Source: Zootoca vivipara (Eukaryota). From it: DNA of 64,000 bases. The notes under the pieces are model-generated. The model ran no database searches. It had not been told where the DNA came from and worked only from the letters and a program-made list of their open reading frames with translations. Positions 1 to 17,108 of the stretch are shown here, piece by piece (the first letter of the stretch is position 1; each line of letters starts with the position of its first letter). The position numbers were made by a program, and so were the translations under genes. The DNA lies in NCBI RefSeq assembly GCF_963506605.1, contig NC_083294.1, positions 4,030,001-4,094,000 of the forward strand, in the 5' to 3' direction.

Positions 1-490
1 GAGAAAAGGGATGGTGGGACGAAGGGAGGAAGGAAGGAAGGAGGGAGGGAGAAAGGGAGGAGTGAAGGAAAGACGCAAGAAAAGGAAGAAACCAGGAAGA
101 AAGGAAATAAGGGAAGGGGGGGAAGGAGAAGGGAAAAATAGAAGCAAGGAAGAAAGAAAAAAAAGGAAGGAAACGAGGAAGGAATGGAGAAAGAGGGAGG
201 GAGGGAGGCGGGAGGGAGGGAGGAAAGAAGCAAGAAAAGGAAGAAACCAGGAAGAAAGGGAAGAGGGGAAGAATAGAAGGAAGAAAGAAAAGGAAGGAAA
301 CAAGGAGGAAGGAAACGAGAAAGGGAGGAAGGAAGGAAAGCAGCAAGTAAAGGAAGAAACCAGGAAGAAAGGAAAGGAAGGAAACAAAGAGGGAGGAATG
401 GAGAGGGAGGGAGGGAGGGACGAAGGAGAGGAGGGAAGAAAGGAAGGACAGAGAAAGGGAGGGAGGGATGAAGGAGAGGAAGGAAGGAAG
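1..490. repeat. Purine-rich (GGAA/GGAG) low-complexity repeat
   Basis: Almost entirely G/A, built from gaag/ggag units. Confidence 0.9.
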
Positions 491-989
491 GTCTATCTTG
501 GTGGACATCTGCTCCAAATCCTACTCCCCAGCTTGGGAATGGACAACCATCTCCAGGAGCAATCATCTCAAGTACTTGAGATGGGGAGGAACCCAAACGA
601 AGGACCTCCCTGGGTCACCCCCACGGATCTCCAGGGATCTCCTCTGACCAGGGATGGAGGGCAGGGTGGAGACGGAGAGGAAGCCATTGGTCGGAGGACC
701 TCGGGCCGGTGGGAAGTGTCGTTCTGAGCGCCCAGCAGGACCACCAGCTTGGAAGCTTCACCTTTGCCATCTCCATCTCTTCTAGGAGTAAGAAGACCAC
801 CAAGTGGGAACATCTCTATGGTCCTTTGAGGTCTCCTCGTTCTCCTAATAAATAGATCCAGAAACTGCAAATTTTCCGTTTTTGGTCTCTTTTGTATCTC
901 GGGGGGAGATATATCCCATTATTATTATTATTATTATTACTCGGTTGGAAGCCACCCAGATGGGTGGAGTATAAATAATAATAAATAAA

Positions 990-1034
<45 letters not shown>

Positions 1035-2204
1035 TACTGTATATAAATCTCAAATGAGATATTTCCATTTTAAAATCCATTATTTAAATATTTAGTTATT
1101 GATCTGGCCCCACGTTATGGATGCGGCCCACATTCTGGTTTATCAATCCAGCCCTGCGTTATTGATTTTCAATCCAGCCCTGTGCTCTTGGTTTTCGATC
1201 CATCCCCTCCTTAGTGGTTATCAAACCAGCCCCATGTTATCGGTTATTGATCCGTCCAGCATTCTTGGGTTATTGATCGGCCCCACGTACTTGGTTATTG
1301 AACCAGTCCCATGTGATTGGTTATCAAACCAGCCCAGCTTTCCATAGACCGCCCCGCCTCTGGACCCTGGAATCCCTTCCCTGTCAATCATTCTGTCATT
1401 GAAGAGCTGGAATTCCGGGGGTTGGCCTCTTCTGACTCTTCCAATCCTGAGAGCGGCACACTCTGGACTTCCTCAGAGGACCTCTGCACACAGCACTCTA
1501 CTCCCTCCCTCCAGAAGGAGCACCCAGGGTCCTTTGGGGCGCCTGCCCTCGCACCCGCTACCCCAAAACCTCTTGAGCTCCAGGAATATAGATATCTTTA
1601 TTGAGGGCATTCACAAGAACAGGACAAGGGTCACGAGCAGAGGGAAGTGGGCGGGGTAAATCTAGATGACCACCAGGGATCCCATTCTGCAACTCCCTGC
1701 ATTTGGAAAGGACTTTGAAGGACAGACAAGCCCACTTTCCCCCATAGAGGGCTTAACTTCTAAACAGCCTTTCCCCCGCCGGAACGCGTCGAACCCCGGC
1801 AAGACTTGGAGCATAAGTAAAGCTTCCCGTGAAACCGATAGCCTGGGTTCAAACGTATCCTGCCTGCCCCCCTCCCTCAATCGTGTCAGCCATCTTGAGA
1901 GGTTGGGTCCATCTCTTGCACGTGACCAGCCCTCCTTTCGTCCCCTCCGTGCCCCAGGGTGCCATGCACGGGCACCGCCGAAATTTGCAGGTGCAACCAC
2001 ATGTCAGCGCTCTCAATCAGAGGAGAGAGCCCGTGAGCTGGGCCCCCAATTTCCCCCCTCAGCCGATCGCTCGAGGATGGAACCCCCTCGGGCCAGGCCC
2101 CAAAACCGTCCCAAATCGTCCACAGAGAGAGCCCTGGACTAGTCCCAGGATGGCGTCCCATTTTGTGGTGCCCGGAAAGACTCTGACGACGGGGCCCAGA
2201 AATC

Positions 2205-2453
2205 CTCCTAGTGTGGTGTAGGGGTTAAGAGTGGTGGACTCGTAATCTGGTGAACCGGGTTCGCTTCCCCACTCCTCCACATGCAGCTGCTGGGTGACCT
2301 TGGGCTGGTCACACTTCTCTGAATTCTCTCAGCCTCACACACCTCACAGAGTGTTTGTTGTGGCAGAGGAAAGGAAAGGAGAATGTGAGCCGCTTTGAGA
2401 CGCCTTCGGGGAGTGATAAAGTGGGATATCAAATCCAAACTCTTCTTATTCTT
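2205..2453 (+). mobile_element. tRNA-derived SINE (Squam3-like), inside the putative RNF208 3' UTR
   Basis: tRNA-like head (gtggtgtaggggttaagag...ccgggttcgcttcccc), tgggtgaccttgggc core and a (CTT)n-type tail. Confidence 0.7.
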
Positions 2454-2527
2454 CTGGATCCTCCACGGACACAGCCCCGAAACCATCCGATGATGGGGCC
2501 CGGTACCCGTCCTTGCGAATCCGACGG

Positions 2528-3112
2528 TCACATGACGGCGCAGGAGGAGACGGGGTTGCGGACCCGGCAGGCGCAGGCGGCACCGCAATACTGCCGGAAG
2601 CTCTGGTAGCAGCCTCGTCCGGATTCGGGGCCCCAGGGTGAGGGCCCGGGTACGGGGCCCTCGGCGGGCAGGCGGGCCAGGATGCGGGCGTTGACGGCCA
2701 GGGCAGCCAGGCCGTAGTCGGTGAAAAGGACCGTCTCGCGCTTGCAGGTGGGGCAGGAGATGAATTTGTACTTCGGGCACGATTCGTAAAGGATTTGCAG
2801 GCACTCCTCACAGACGGAGTGGAGGCAGGAGAGGAGGCGGGGCCTCTTGTGGGCGGCGTTGTAGGCGTGGCCGCAGGTGGGGCACTCCAGGGGCTCTGTG
2901 TGGGGAGGCGGCGGGGCCGGAAGGGCATACTGGTTGGCGATGACCTCGCCTGGGGACGGGTAGAAGGGTGGCGGTGGCGGCGGCGGGGGCAGCGGCTGCT
3001 TGGGGTCGAGCGGAGCCAGCTCAGTGCAGGATTGGTTGGCGATGACTTCGCCTGGCGGCCAGGGGGGGCGCTTGGGGAACTTCTCTGGCCGGCCCACTTT
3101 GACGGCCTCCAT
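2528..3112 (-). CDS. RNF208: RING finger protein 208 (E3 ligase) with C-terminal CAAX
   Basis: KMEAVK...EPLECPTCGH...LSCLHSVCEECLQILYESCPKYKFISCPTC...CYQSFRQYCGAAC...CAVM matches RNF208. First in-frame ATG is at 3112. The coding exon starts at an acceptor at 3267. A minus-strand AATAAA lies at ~1597-1602. Confidence 0.93.
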   Translation of the reverse strand: MEAVKVGRPEKFPKRPPWPPGEVIANQSCTELAPLDPKQPLPPPPPPPPFYPSPGEVIANQYALPAPPPPHTEPLECPTCGHAYNAAHKRPRLLSCLHSVCEECLQILYESCPKYKFISCPTCKRETVLFTDYGLAALAVNARILARLPAEGPVPGPSPWGPESGRGCYQSFRQYCGAACACRVRNPVSSCAVM

Positions 3113-3670
3113 CTTGAGGAGGACTTGGGGGCCCCTCAAGCAGCCCAGGAGGAAGGCCTTGACATGGCTAGCGTCGTCGTCGGGGGCGGGCTTTGAAGCG
3201 GGCGCGGTGGCGGCGCATGCCGGGGGTGGGGATATGGCGGATGGCCGGGGTGGGCGGGCAGGAGGACCTGCGGGAGAAGAATCACAGAGAGGGGGTTTGC
3301 TAGAGCTCGTTTTCCTCCTCCCCCATAGAGTTCAAGAATCCTAGAGAGGATTTTTTTTCCCATGCAAGGAAACCTGAAGGTTTTCCTTCTTTTATAACAT
3401 GCATTAACACAGAGTTCCAGAATCCTAGAGTGGATTTTTTTTTAATTAAAAAAAATGCATGTAAAGCTTATCCTTTTTTGCTTTTTTACCACCTGGTCAC
3501 TGCAATAAATTAATATGTATTATATGGTATATCTATTGTAACACACACACTGAAATATATATATATATCTATATATCTATGTGTGTGTGTATGTGTGTGT
3601 GTGTGTATATATATATATACATATACTGAAATATATAACTGTGGGTTTGTGTATTATACTGAAATATATA

Positions 3671-3888
3671 CAGTGGTACCTCAACATCCGAATGACTCGA
3701 CTTCCGAAGGTTTCGACTTCTGAAGTCGGCAAACCCAGAAGACTTTTCGCCGCGCGAGGTCGGCACATGCGCAGAAGCGCATAAATTGCGCTTCGCGCAT
3801 GCGCAAAACAGGTACTTCGACATCTGAAGACTTTGTCTTACGGAGAGCGCCGCGGAACGGATCACCTTCGTAAGTCGAGGTACCATTG
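3671..3888. mobile_element. Tc1/mariner (Tigger/pogo-like) MITE
   Basis: TIRs CAGTGGTACCTC...GAGGTACCATTG with TA on both sides. Confidence 0.8.
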
Positions 3889-4006
3889 TAATTGTATGTG
3901 TTTGTGTATAGTGTGTGTGTGTGTATATATATTCTGAAATTTAATTTTAACTAACATTAAAACATAGCTGTCATTTACTCATGGATCAACCCACGAAACG
4001 ACCCAC

Positions 4007-5850
4007 CTGGAGCCACGGACGAGGCGCAGGCTCAGGACGGCTCCTTGCAGCTCAAGGGAAGGCAGCTGAATCGGGGCTGGTCGCCTTTCCTCGCAAGCGG
4101 AAAGCTAGGAGCTCGTTTCCTTCTCTGGTGTCTAGGTGGGACGGGTCCCTCACACTCGCAGCCTGGGAGGTGAAGCAAACCAATAATTGGTGCTGGGGAA
4201 AAGGGCTAGAGAGGACTCTTGGTGATATAACTTCCCTTCTCAGGCCCCGGGTAGAAGTTGGGCATCAATGTGCCTTGGGGGGGGGGGGAGGATGCATAAA
4301 GGAACAGGATATTGGAGGCACTGCCTACATAACATAACATAACATAACATAACATAACATAACATAACATAACATAACATAACATAACATAACATAATAT
4401 ATATTCAAGTTGGAAGGGGTCCTGAAAGTCATTAAAACCAACCCCAGAAAGCCAGGAACTGTTTGTTGATATGATTATTATTTTCAGCAATATACCCAAT
4501 GCAAAAAATATTTGTATAAACTGCCAGAATAAGATATATACACAGTATATTTTAAAATGTAATCTCTATAAAATAGAGATTACAAAAAAACCATATTTTG
4601 TATACATTTTGTTATTTTATTGCCGGTCATTTTATTTGCATCCAAAACTTTATCACCCAATACAGAATATATATTTTTTATAATGTACCAGAATAATAAT
4701 GTTTTTTTTAAAAAGCAGAATGTATTATTTAGCTCCAATTATTTAAATATATAGTTTAATTTTTAACTACTGATGTTGTCCTTGTTGTTGTGTTGCTACC
4801 AGCTCCGTTTTATTTGTATAGAAACAGCCACAATAAAATTAATATTTATAAAATATTTTTTAAGTTTTTTAAAAAAATATTCTACTGAAATATTATTTTT
4901 AAAATTATTTATTTCTTAATTCTTTAATTCATTTGCATTCTAGTTTCCATTCAGGGAGTGGGGCTAGATGGCCATTGCTGTCCTGTCAATCACCCTAGCC
5001 CTCCCCTGTGAATCAAACTGGGAATTAATATTGAGGATTCAGAGGGTGGGGCTAGGTGATCATTGGTGTCCCGTCAATCATCCCAGCCCTCCCCTGTCAA
5101 CCATCACTGGATATTCTAGCTGCCATTGAGGTTAGATGACCATCCGTGTCCCCTGTCAATCAAACTGGGAATTAATATTGAGGATTCAGAGGGTGGGGCT
5201 AGGTGGCCATCAGTGTCCCCTGTCAATCACCCCAGCCCTCCTGTCAATCTTCTAGCTGCCATTCAGGGGGTAAGGCCAGATGGCCATCGGTGCCCCGTCA
5301 ATCACCCTAGCCCTCTCCTGTCAATCATCACGGGATATTCTAGCTGCCATTCAAGGGGTGAGGCTAGATGACCATCCGTGTCCCCTGTCAATCAAACTTG
5401 GAATTAATATTGAGGATTCAGAGAGTGGAGCTAGATGACCATCAGTTCCCTGTCAATCAAACTGGGAATTAATATTGAGGATTCAGAGGGTGGAGCTAGG
5501 TGACCACCAGCGTGCCCCATCAATCACCCTAGCCCTCACGGGATTATTCTAGGGTGAGGCTTGAAGACCATTGCTGTCCCACCCATCCCCCTAACCCTCC
5601 CCTGTCAATCACCCCGAATCCACCACCAATTTGGGGTCAGTTTGGATGACCTGGTGGGTTCCCTTCCCACCCATCAGAGGCCTCCTCACCTTTCCTGGTC
5701 GGTCAAGACGATGGCGGCGGCCCCTCTTTCCCTCCTCCAGGCGATCCGGAACCTTCCAGAAGACGGGGGGGGGGAGGGTGTCCTCAGGTCCCCTTATCGG
5801 TGATCCGATTGGACGAGGAGGCCGGGAGGGGGAGACGGCGGGGCGGCCTT
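4007..5850 (-). other. RNF208: Putative non-coding 5' exons of RNF208 (4162-4007 and ~5850-5690)
   Basis: Donor AAG|GTGAG at ~5690, acceptor ctcccag at 4163, donor CAG|GTGGGT at 4006; CCAAT and GC box near 5808-5845. Confidence 0.5.
4950..5620. repeat. Minisatellite rich in ctgtcaatca and gctagatgacc
   Basis: Repeated gggtggggctagatgacc...cccctgtcaatcaaactgggaattaatattgaggattcaga units. Confidence 0.85.
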
Positions 5851-5899
5851 GCGAAGATGCTGCAGGCCAAAGTGGTGCCCAATATGCAGTTAGAGATGC

Positions 5900-7000
5900 A
5901 GATATGGATAAAGGATGCTGCGGAAGGCCGCTGTTTCAGGTGGGGGGGCAGTGTTTGTCCCTACCGTCAATCTCCCTGCTTGGAGAGGGTGACCCCTCCC
6001 CCTCCCAAGCAGCAGCGCCCGATTGATGGATGATTGACAGGCCCAATCTGGATGCAGGAGAAGGATGCTAGAAGTGGTACCCAGAGCAGACCTGTAAATC
6101 TCGGTGGTGGTGGAGGAGGAGGGGAAAGGAGGTGGGCTTGGGGAGGGAGGATGCGGGGATGCATGGGGTGGGACTTCCTGTGAAGGGGGCGGAGTAGGAG
6201 GATGGGGGGAGCGAAGGATGGAGGAGGAGGAGGATGGAGAGGAAAAAGACCTCTGATAAAAGGAATTGGTTTTTTTTCAGGTGGGGGGGCAGCGTTTCTC
6301 CCACCCGTCAATCTTCCTGCTTGGAGAGGGTGACCCCTCTCCCTCCTCCCCCCAAAAGCAGGATGGATGATTGACGGGCGCCCAATTCCGGATGCGGGAG
6401 AAAGGATGCTAGCAGTGGTACCCAGAGCATAGAGATGAAGAATGCTGTAGCGAATGATGGGCGAATGGTTGTTTTTTTTTCAGGTGGGGGTGTTTGTCCC
6501 TCCTGTCAATCTTCCTGCTTGGAGAGGGTGACCCCCCCAAAAAGCAGCAGCAGCCGATGGATGGATTGACAGGCGCGCGATCCCGGATGCTAGGAGTGGT
6601 ACCCAGAGCATAGGGATGAAGGATGCTGCAGCGAATGATGGGCGGATGTTTTCTTTTCAGGTGGGGGTGGGGTGTGTTTGTCCCTCCCATCAATCTTCCT
6701 GTTTGGAGAGAGTGACCCCTCCACCCGCCCTCCCCCAAAGCAGCGCCTAATGGACGGATGATTGACAGGCGCCCAATCCGGGATGCGGGAGAAGGATGCT
6801 AGCAGTGGTACCCAAGGGGAGGCAGACCTGTCAATCTCATTGGTGGAGGAAGGGAAAGGAGGCGGGCTCGGGGAGGGAGGATGTGGGGATGCAGGGGGCG
6901 GGACTTCCTGGGGGGGGCAGAGGAGGGAGATTGGTACCCAGAGAGGAGGAGGAGGATGGAGAGGAAAAAGAAATCTGAGAAGAGAAATTGGTACCCAGAT
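5900..7000. repeat. Imperfect tandem repeat
   Basis: Recurrent ttcaggtggggg...gtcaatcttcctgcttggagagggtgacccc...gatgattgacaggc...agtggtacccag. Confidence 0.8.
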
Positions 7001-7001
7001 A

Positions 7002-8675
7002 CGGGTGAAACTCAGAAAATTGGAATATCGTCCAAAAGTGCATTGATTTCAGTAACGCAACTTAAAAGGTGAAACCAATCTATGAGATAGATGCATGATA
7101 TGCAAAGCAAGATATGTCAAACCTTCATTTGTTGCAATTGTAATTATTTGTCGTTAGGCAGGTCAATTATAAATGGAATGTCATTAATGAAATGTCATAG
7201 TGATGCTTATTTTTGTATGATTGTACAGTGGTGCCTCGCTAGACGAAATTAATTCGTTCCACGGGTCAATTCGTGAAATGAAATTTTCGTCTAGCGAGTC
7301 CCGGTTTCCCATAGGAATGCATTGAAACTTAATGCGTTCCTATGGGCTCCGGGGGACTGGCGGCGGGGAAGGCAGGCAGGCAGCCACGTGCTCTCTTGCC
7401 TGCCTGCCTTCCCCACCGCCTGTCACACGAAGATCGGCGGGCGCTGCTTGCGGGGCTTGTCAACCCCGGCAAACAGCACCCGCCGATCTTCGGCTCTGTC
7501 CCCTGATGCGCTACGGCTCGGGGAAGCAGGCAGGGAGACGGCAACAGCCTGCAGCTTCCCGGGCTGTTGCCATCTCTCTGCCTGCTTCCCCGAGCTGAAG
7601 CACCCGGGCAAGCCCGACACAGCGGGGGATCCCGCCTGTCACACAGCGGGGATCGTAGGGGGCTTGAGAAGCCCCCTACGATCACCCGTTGTGTGTCGGG
7701 CGGGATGGGGGGGGGAAAGACAGGAAAGATCCCGCACTTCCCGGGCGCTTCAGCTCGGGGAAGCAGGCAGGGAGATCCCCCACTGTCACACAGGTGGGAT
7801 GTCAAGCCCTCTACGACAGGAAAGATCCTGCGTTTCCCCCCCCCCATCCCACCCGACACACAGCGGGGGATCGTAGGGGGCTTCTCAAGCCCTCTACGAT
7901 CCCCGCTGTGTGACAGGCGGGATGGGGGGGGGGAAGACAGGAAACATCCTGCATTTCCCCCCCATCCCGCCCGACACACAGCGGGGATCGTAGGGCGCTT
8001 GCCTTCCCCGAGAAGGCGCCCGGCTTTCTCGGCGAAGGCAAGTGGGGGACACCTAGCCCGCCCGCTTGCCTTCCCCGAGAAGGCACCCGGCTTTCTCAGG
8101 GAAGGCAAGCGGGGGACACCTAGCCCGCCCGCTTGCCTTCGCCGAGAAAGCGCCGCCTCGACGAAGGCAAGCGGGCGGACACCTAGTTCCTCCCCCGCTA
8201 ATTCCTCTTTGTGTTCCGCTGGTCTCTGCCAGCGGAACACAAAGGGGAACCAACTGCATCAGGGAAAGAAGGCAAAGGAAGATCAGCTGAGAGGCGGTGA
8301 CAGCTGTCAGCGCCTCTCAGCTGATCTTCCTTTGCCTTCTTCCCTTGCTACAGCTGGTTCCCCTTTCGCTAGATGAATGCCCTGATTTTCTGATCGGAGG
8401 TTTTTATGGCCACGCTTCGCAAGACAAAGAGGTGGCCATAGAAAACATCGTCGTATAGCGAGGCAACCTCCGATCAGAAAATCCTTTCGTTAAGCGGAAT
8501 TTTCGTCTAGCAGGGCATTCGTCTAGCGAGGCACCACTGTAACTATTTGTTTTATTACTGAGAAATTTCCAAAAGAAAGCATTTGTCAAATCAAAACGAA
8601 AAGAAAAAATAATACGTTGCATTACTGAAATAAATGCACTTTTCGACAATATTCTAATTTTCCGAGCTTCACTTG
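7002..8675. mobile_element. Tc1-like MITE (CAGGTGAAACTCGG family) interrupted by a nested element
   Basis: Ends ta-cgggtgaaactcagaaaatt ... aattttccgagcttcacttg-ta; same family as 18877, 36730, 54031 and 56111. Confidence 0.8.
7226..8539. mobile_element. Tigger/pogo-like non-autonomous element with internal GC-rich hairpin repeats
   Basis: TIRs CAGTGGTGCCTCGCTAGACGAA / TTCGTCTAGCGAGGCACCACTG, TA target site. Confidence 0.85.
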
Positions 8676-8827
8676 TATATTGTACAAGGAATTGACAGAA
8701 AGTCTCTCCCCCCCAACTTTCCCAATTTTTTTAATCTTGATCTTATTTAACAGATATTGTGATACATTAAGGGTTTATGTCATAGGAAGATACCATTAAA
8801 TAAGAAATAACAAGAAATTAATATACA

Positions 8828-8873
<46 letters not shown>

Positions 8874-9289
8874 TACATACATTCATATATATATATACAT
8901 GAATATTGGATTAAGGAAAATGTAGATAAATGTTGTATTATATGAAAATGGAATAAAAATGAATTAAACAAATTTAAAACAAAGCAAAACAAATTTAAAA
9001 CAAAGCAAAACAAAGGGATTCTTTTCTGGGAGGGGAAAAAAAGATGCTCAGAGGAGAAGAAGAAGAAAGGGATGGAGGAAAAGGATGCTCTGAGGAATTG
9101 GTACCCAAGCAGGAAGGAGGAAGATACAGAGTTCGATTTATTATTATTTTTCCTGAATGGGGGAAGGAAGAAGGCTGCTCCGTAATTATAATTACTAGTA
9201 ATTATAATAATTATAATCGTAATAATAATAATTTATGAAACAACCCAAAACTGCATTTCACCCCCTAGAACAGCCTTTTAAAAATATCC

Positions 9290-9712
9290 CTGGGAACTGT
9301 AGCATATTCAGGTAGTTTGCTCTTGGGAACTGCAGCGCACTCAGGCGGCTGGGAACTGCAGTTTATTCAGGGCAATGGCAGGTCATTCAAGGTACCTGGG
9401 AACTAGTTTATTCAGGGTAACCGCAGGTCATTCAAGGCACCTGGAAACTGCAGTTTATTCAGGGCAATTTGTCATTCCTGGCGTCTGGGAACTGTAGTTT
9501 ACTCAGGGCAATCGCAGGTCATTCAAGGTGCCTGAGAACTGCAGTTTATTCAGGGCAGTCGGTCACTCAAGGTGCCTGGGAACTGTAGTTTCTTCAGTGC
9601 AATCGCAGGTCACTCAAGGCATCTGGGAACTGTAGTTTATTCAGGGCAACCGCAGGTCACTCAAGGCGCCTGGGAACCGCAGTTTATTCAGGGCGTCGGG
9701 GAACTGCAGGGC
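9290..9712. repeat. ~45-bp tandem repeat containing gggaactgtagt
   Basis: About nine units of ctgggaactg(t/c)agtttattcagggcaa...ggtca(t/c)tcaagg. Confidence 0.9.
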
Positions 9713-9868
9713 ACTACATAAAAACCCAACCAATCGTAACAATAATCGTCGTAGTTTTATTCCCGGTACTGGGTGCAAGATGTGACTGCCAGAAACTACG
9801 GCCCTGTCGACCCGCCATCCGGAGGATTCCTGGAACTGTAGCGCCCAGATGTTTCCAAGGCGCCCAGC

Positions 9869-15479
<5,611 letters not shown>

Positions 15480-15757
15480 TTAAATTCGTAAGTAGAGGTA
15501 CCATTGTAGATGAATTAAGGAAGGAAGGAAACAAATAGTCACAATCATTCAAAAATAAACAAAAATGAACATCGCTATGACATTTCATATGAGAAGGGGT
15601 GATTGGCTGCCGGGTGGACGGCGAGGCGCAGCGCGCCAATGGGACGCGGACGACTGGGGGGGGGAGAAGAGTCGTTTGAAGGCGGGTCCTGATGACGTAC
15701 GCGGAAGTGGTTGCCCGCGCCCATATTGGTAATTAATAATATTTAATTATTATTATA

Positions 15758-16087
15758 GGGGACCCAGGTGGCGCTGTGGTTAAACCACTGAGCCTAGGGC
15801 TTGCTGATCAGAAGGTTGGCGGTTCGAATCCCTGTGGCGGGGTGAACTCCCGTTGCTTGGTCCCAGCTCCTGCCAACCTAGCAGTTCGAAAGCACGTCAA
15901 AATGCAAGTAAATAAATAGGAACCGCTACAGCGGGAAGGTAAACGGCGTTTCCATGTGCTGCTCTGGTTTGCCAGAAGCGGCTTTGTCATGCTGGCCACA
16001 TGACGTGGAATCGGCCAATAATGTGAGATGAGCGCGCCCAGAGTCGGTCACGACTGGACCTAATGGTCAGGGGTCCCTTTACCTTTA
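15758..16087 (+). mobile_element. Sauria SINE
   Basis: gggacccaggtggcgctgtggttaaaccactgagcc...ggttcgaatcc head, BovB-like gagtcggtcacgactgg 3' part and (ACCTTT) tail. Confidence 0.9.
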
Positions 16088-16269
16088 ATAACAATTTATA
16101 ATAAATGCACCCCAGACCCAAATTGGTAATACTGCAATTAATAATTATAATCAATAATCATGCTAGTAACCAATTATTACTTTTAATACTGCCCCAACCT
16201 AGCAGGAAAAAAAGGATTTAAGGAATGCAGAAGAATGGCAGGAATCCACGTGATGCCAGCAGCTGGAGT

Positions 16270-17108
16270 GAAAGCGGGCACCCACTTCCGCGTACGTCAT
16301 GAGGACCCGCCTTCAAAAGACTCTTTCCCCAGTCGTCCGCGTCCCATTGGCGCGCTGCGCCTCGCCGTCCACCCGGCAGCAAATCACCCCTTCTCATTGG
16401 ACCGCGCCTTTGACGGACAATCAGGTCACCCAATTGCCGCCTTATTTACCTCAGAATCTTTTGCTTTATCAGAGCCCATCCTCCTCCTTTCTCCTATCAA
16501 AGACGGCCAGAGCCAGGGTGGGCGGAACACGCCCGCGGCACCCGTTTTCCATTGGCCAGAGCCTTGGAGAGACAAAGACCCCAGCCAATCATCTCCTTTA
16601 GTCCGTCAGAGTCCGTCCTCTTCAATTCCCCTATTATAACTTGCGTGGGCGGAGCGTCGCGTGAGCGAGCCAATCCCCGTCTCCCGCCTCCAAGCCGCCC
16701 GACGCCCATTGGTCCAAGCTTTGGAGCGACTACCCCGCCGGCCAACCCTCTACTTTGTTCCCTCAGAGCCCATCCTCCTCCTATCAGAGCTAGTGTGGGC
16801 GGAGCGTGGCGCGAGCGAGCTAATCCGCGCCGCCCGCCTCCGCGCCGCCCTGTGTCCATTGGCTCGCGCCTTTGACGGACAGCTCCGCCAGCCAACCCTC
16901 TTCTTTGATTCCCTCAAAGCCCGTCCTTCCTCTTGTCAAAGAAGGCCCGACCCAGCGTGGGCGGAGCGTCGGCGAGCGCGCCAATCCACGCCGCCCGCCT
17001 CCGCGCCGTTCGACGCCCATTGGTCGCCGTCTTTGACGGACAACCCGGCCCGCCAACCTCCGCCTGATTTACCTCAGAGTCCTTGAAAGTCGCTCCGAAG
17101 CGGCAGCC
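16270..17108. promoter_or_regulatory. CpG-island bidirectional promoter of NDOR1/TPRN
   Basis: Many CCAAT/ATTGG and GGGCGG boxes, a CRE-like tgacgt and an ETS ggaagt, lying between divergent genes. Confidence 0.7.

Noticed and set aside
11-727. 238-aa E/G/K/R-rich ORF
   Set aside because: Translation of a GA-rich simple repeat, with no domain or splice support
7322-8376. Several long overlapping ORFs
   Set aside because: GC-rich interior of a non-autonomous transposon; no transposase motifs
9290-9712. CRISPR-like regular repeats (also 27331-27760 and 39225-39995)
   Set aside because: Eukaryotic context, no unique spacers and no cas genes; these are minisatellites
15758-15835. tRNA-like A/B boxes
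   Set aside because: Head of a Sauria SINE, not a tRNA gene
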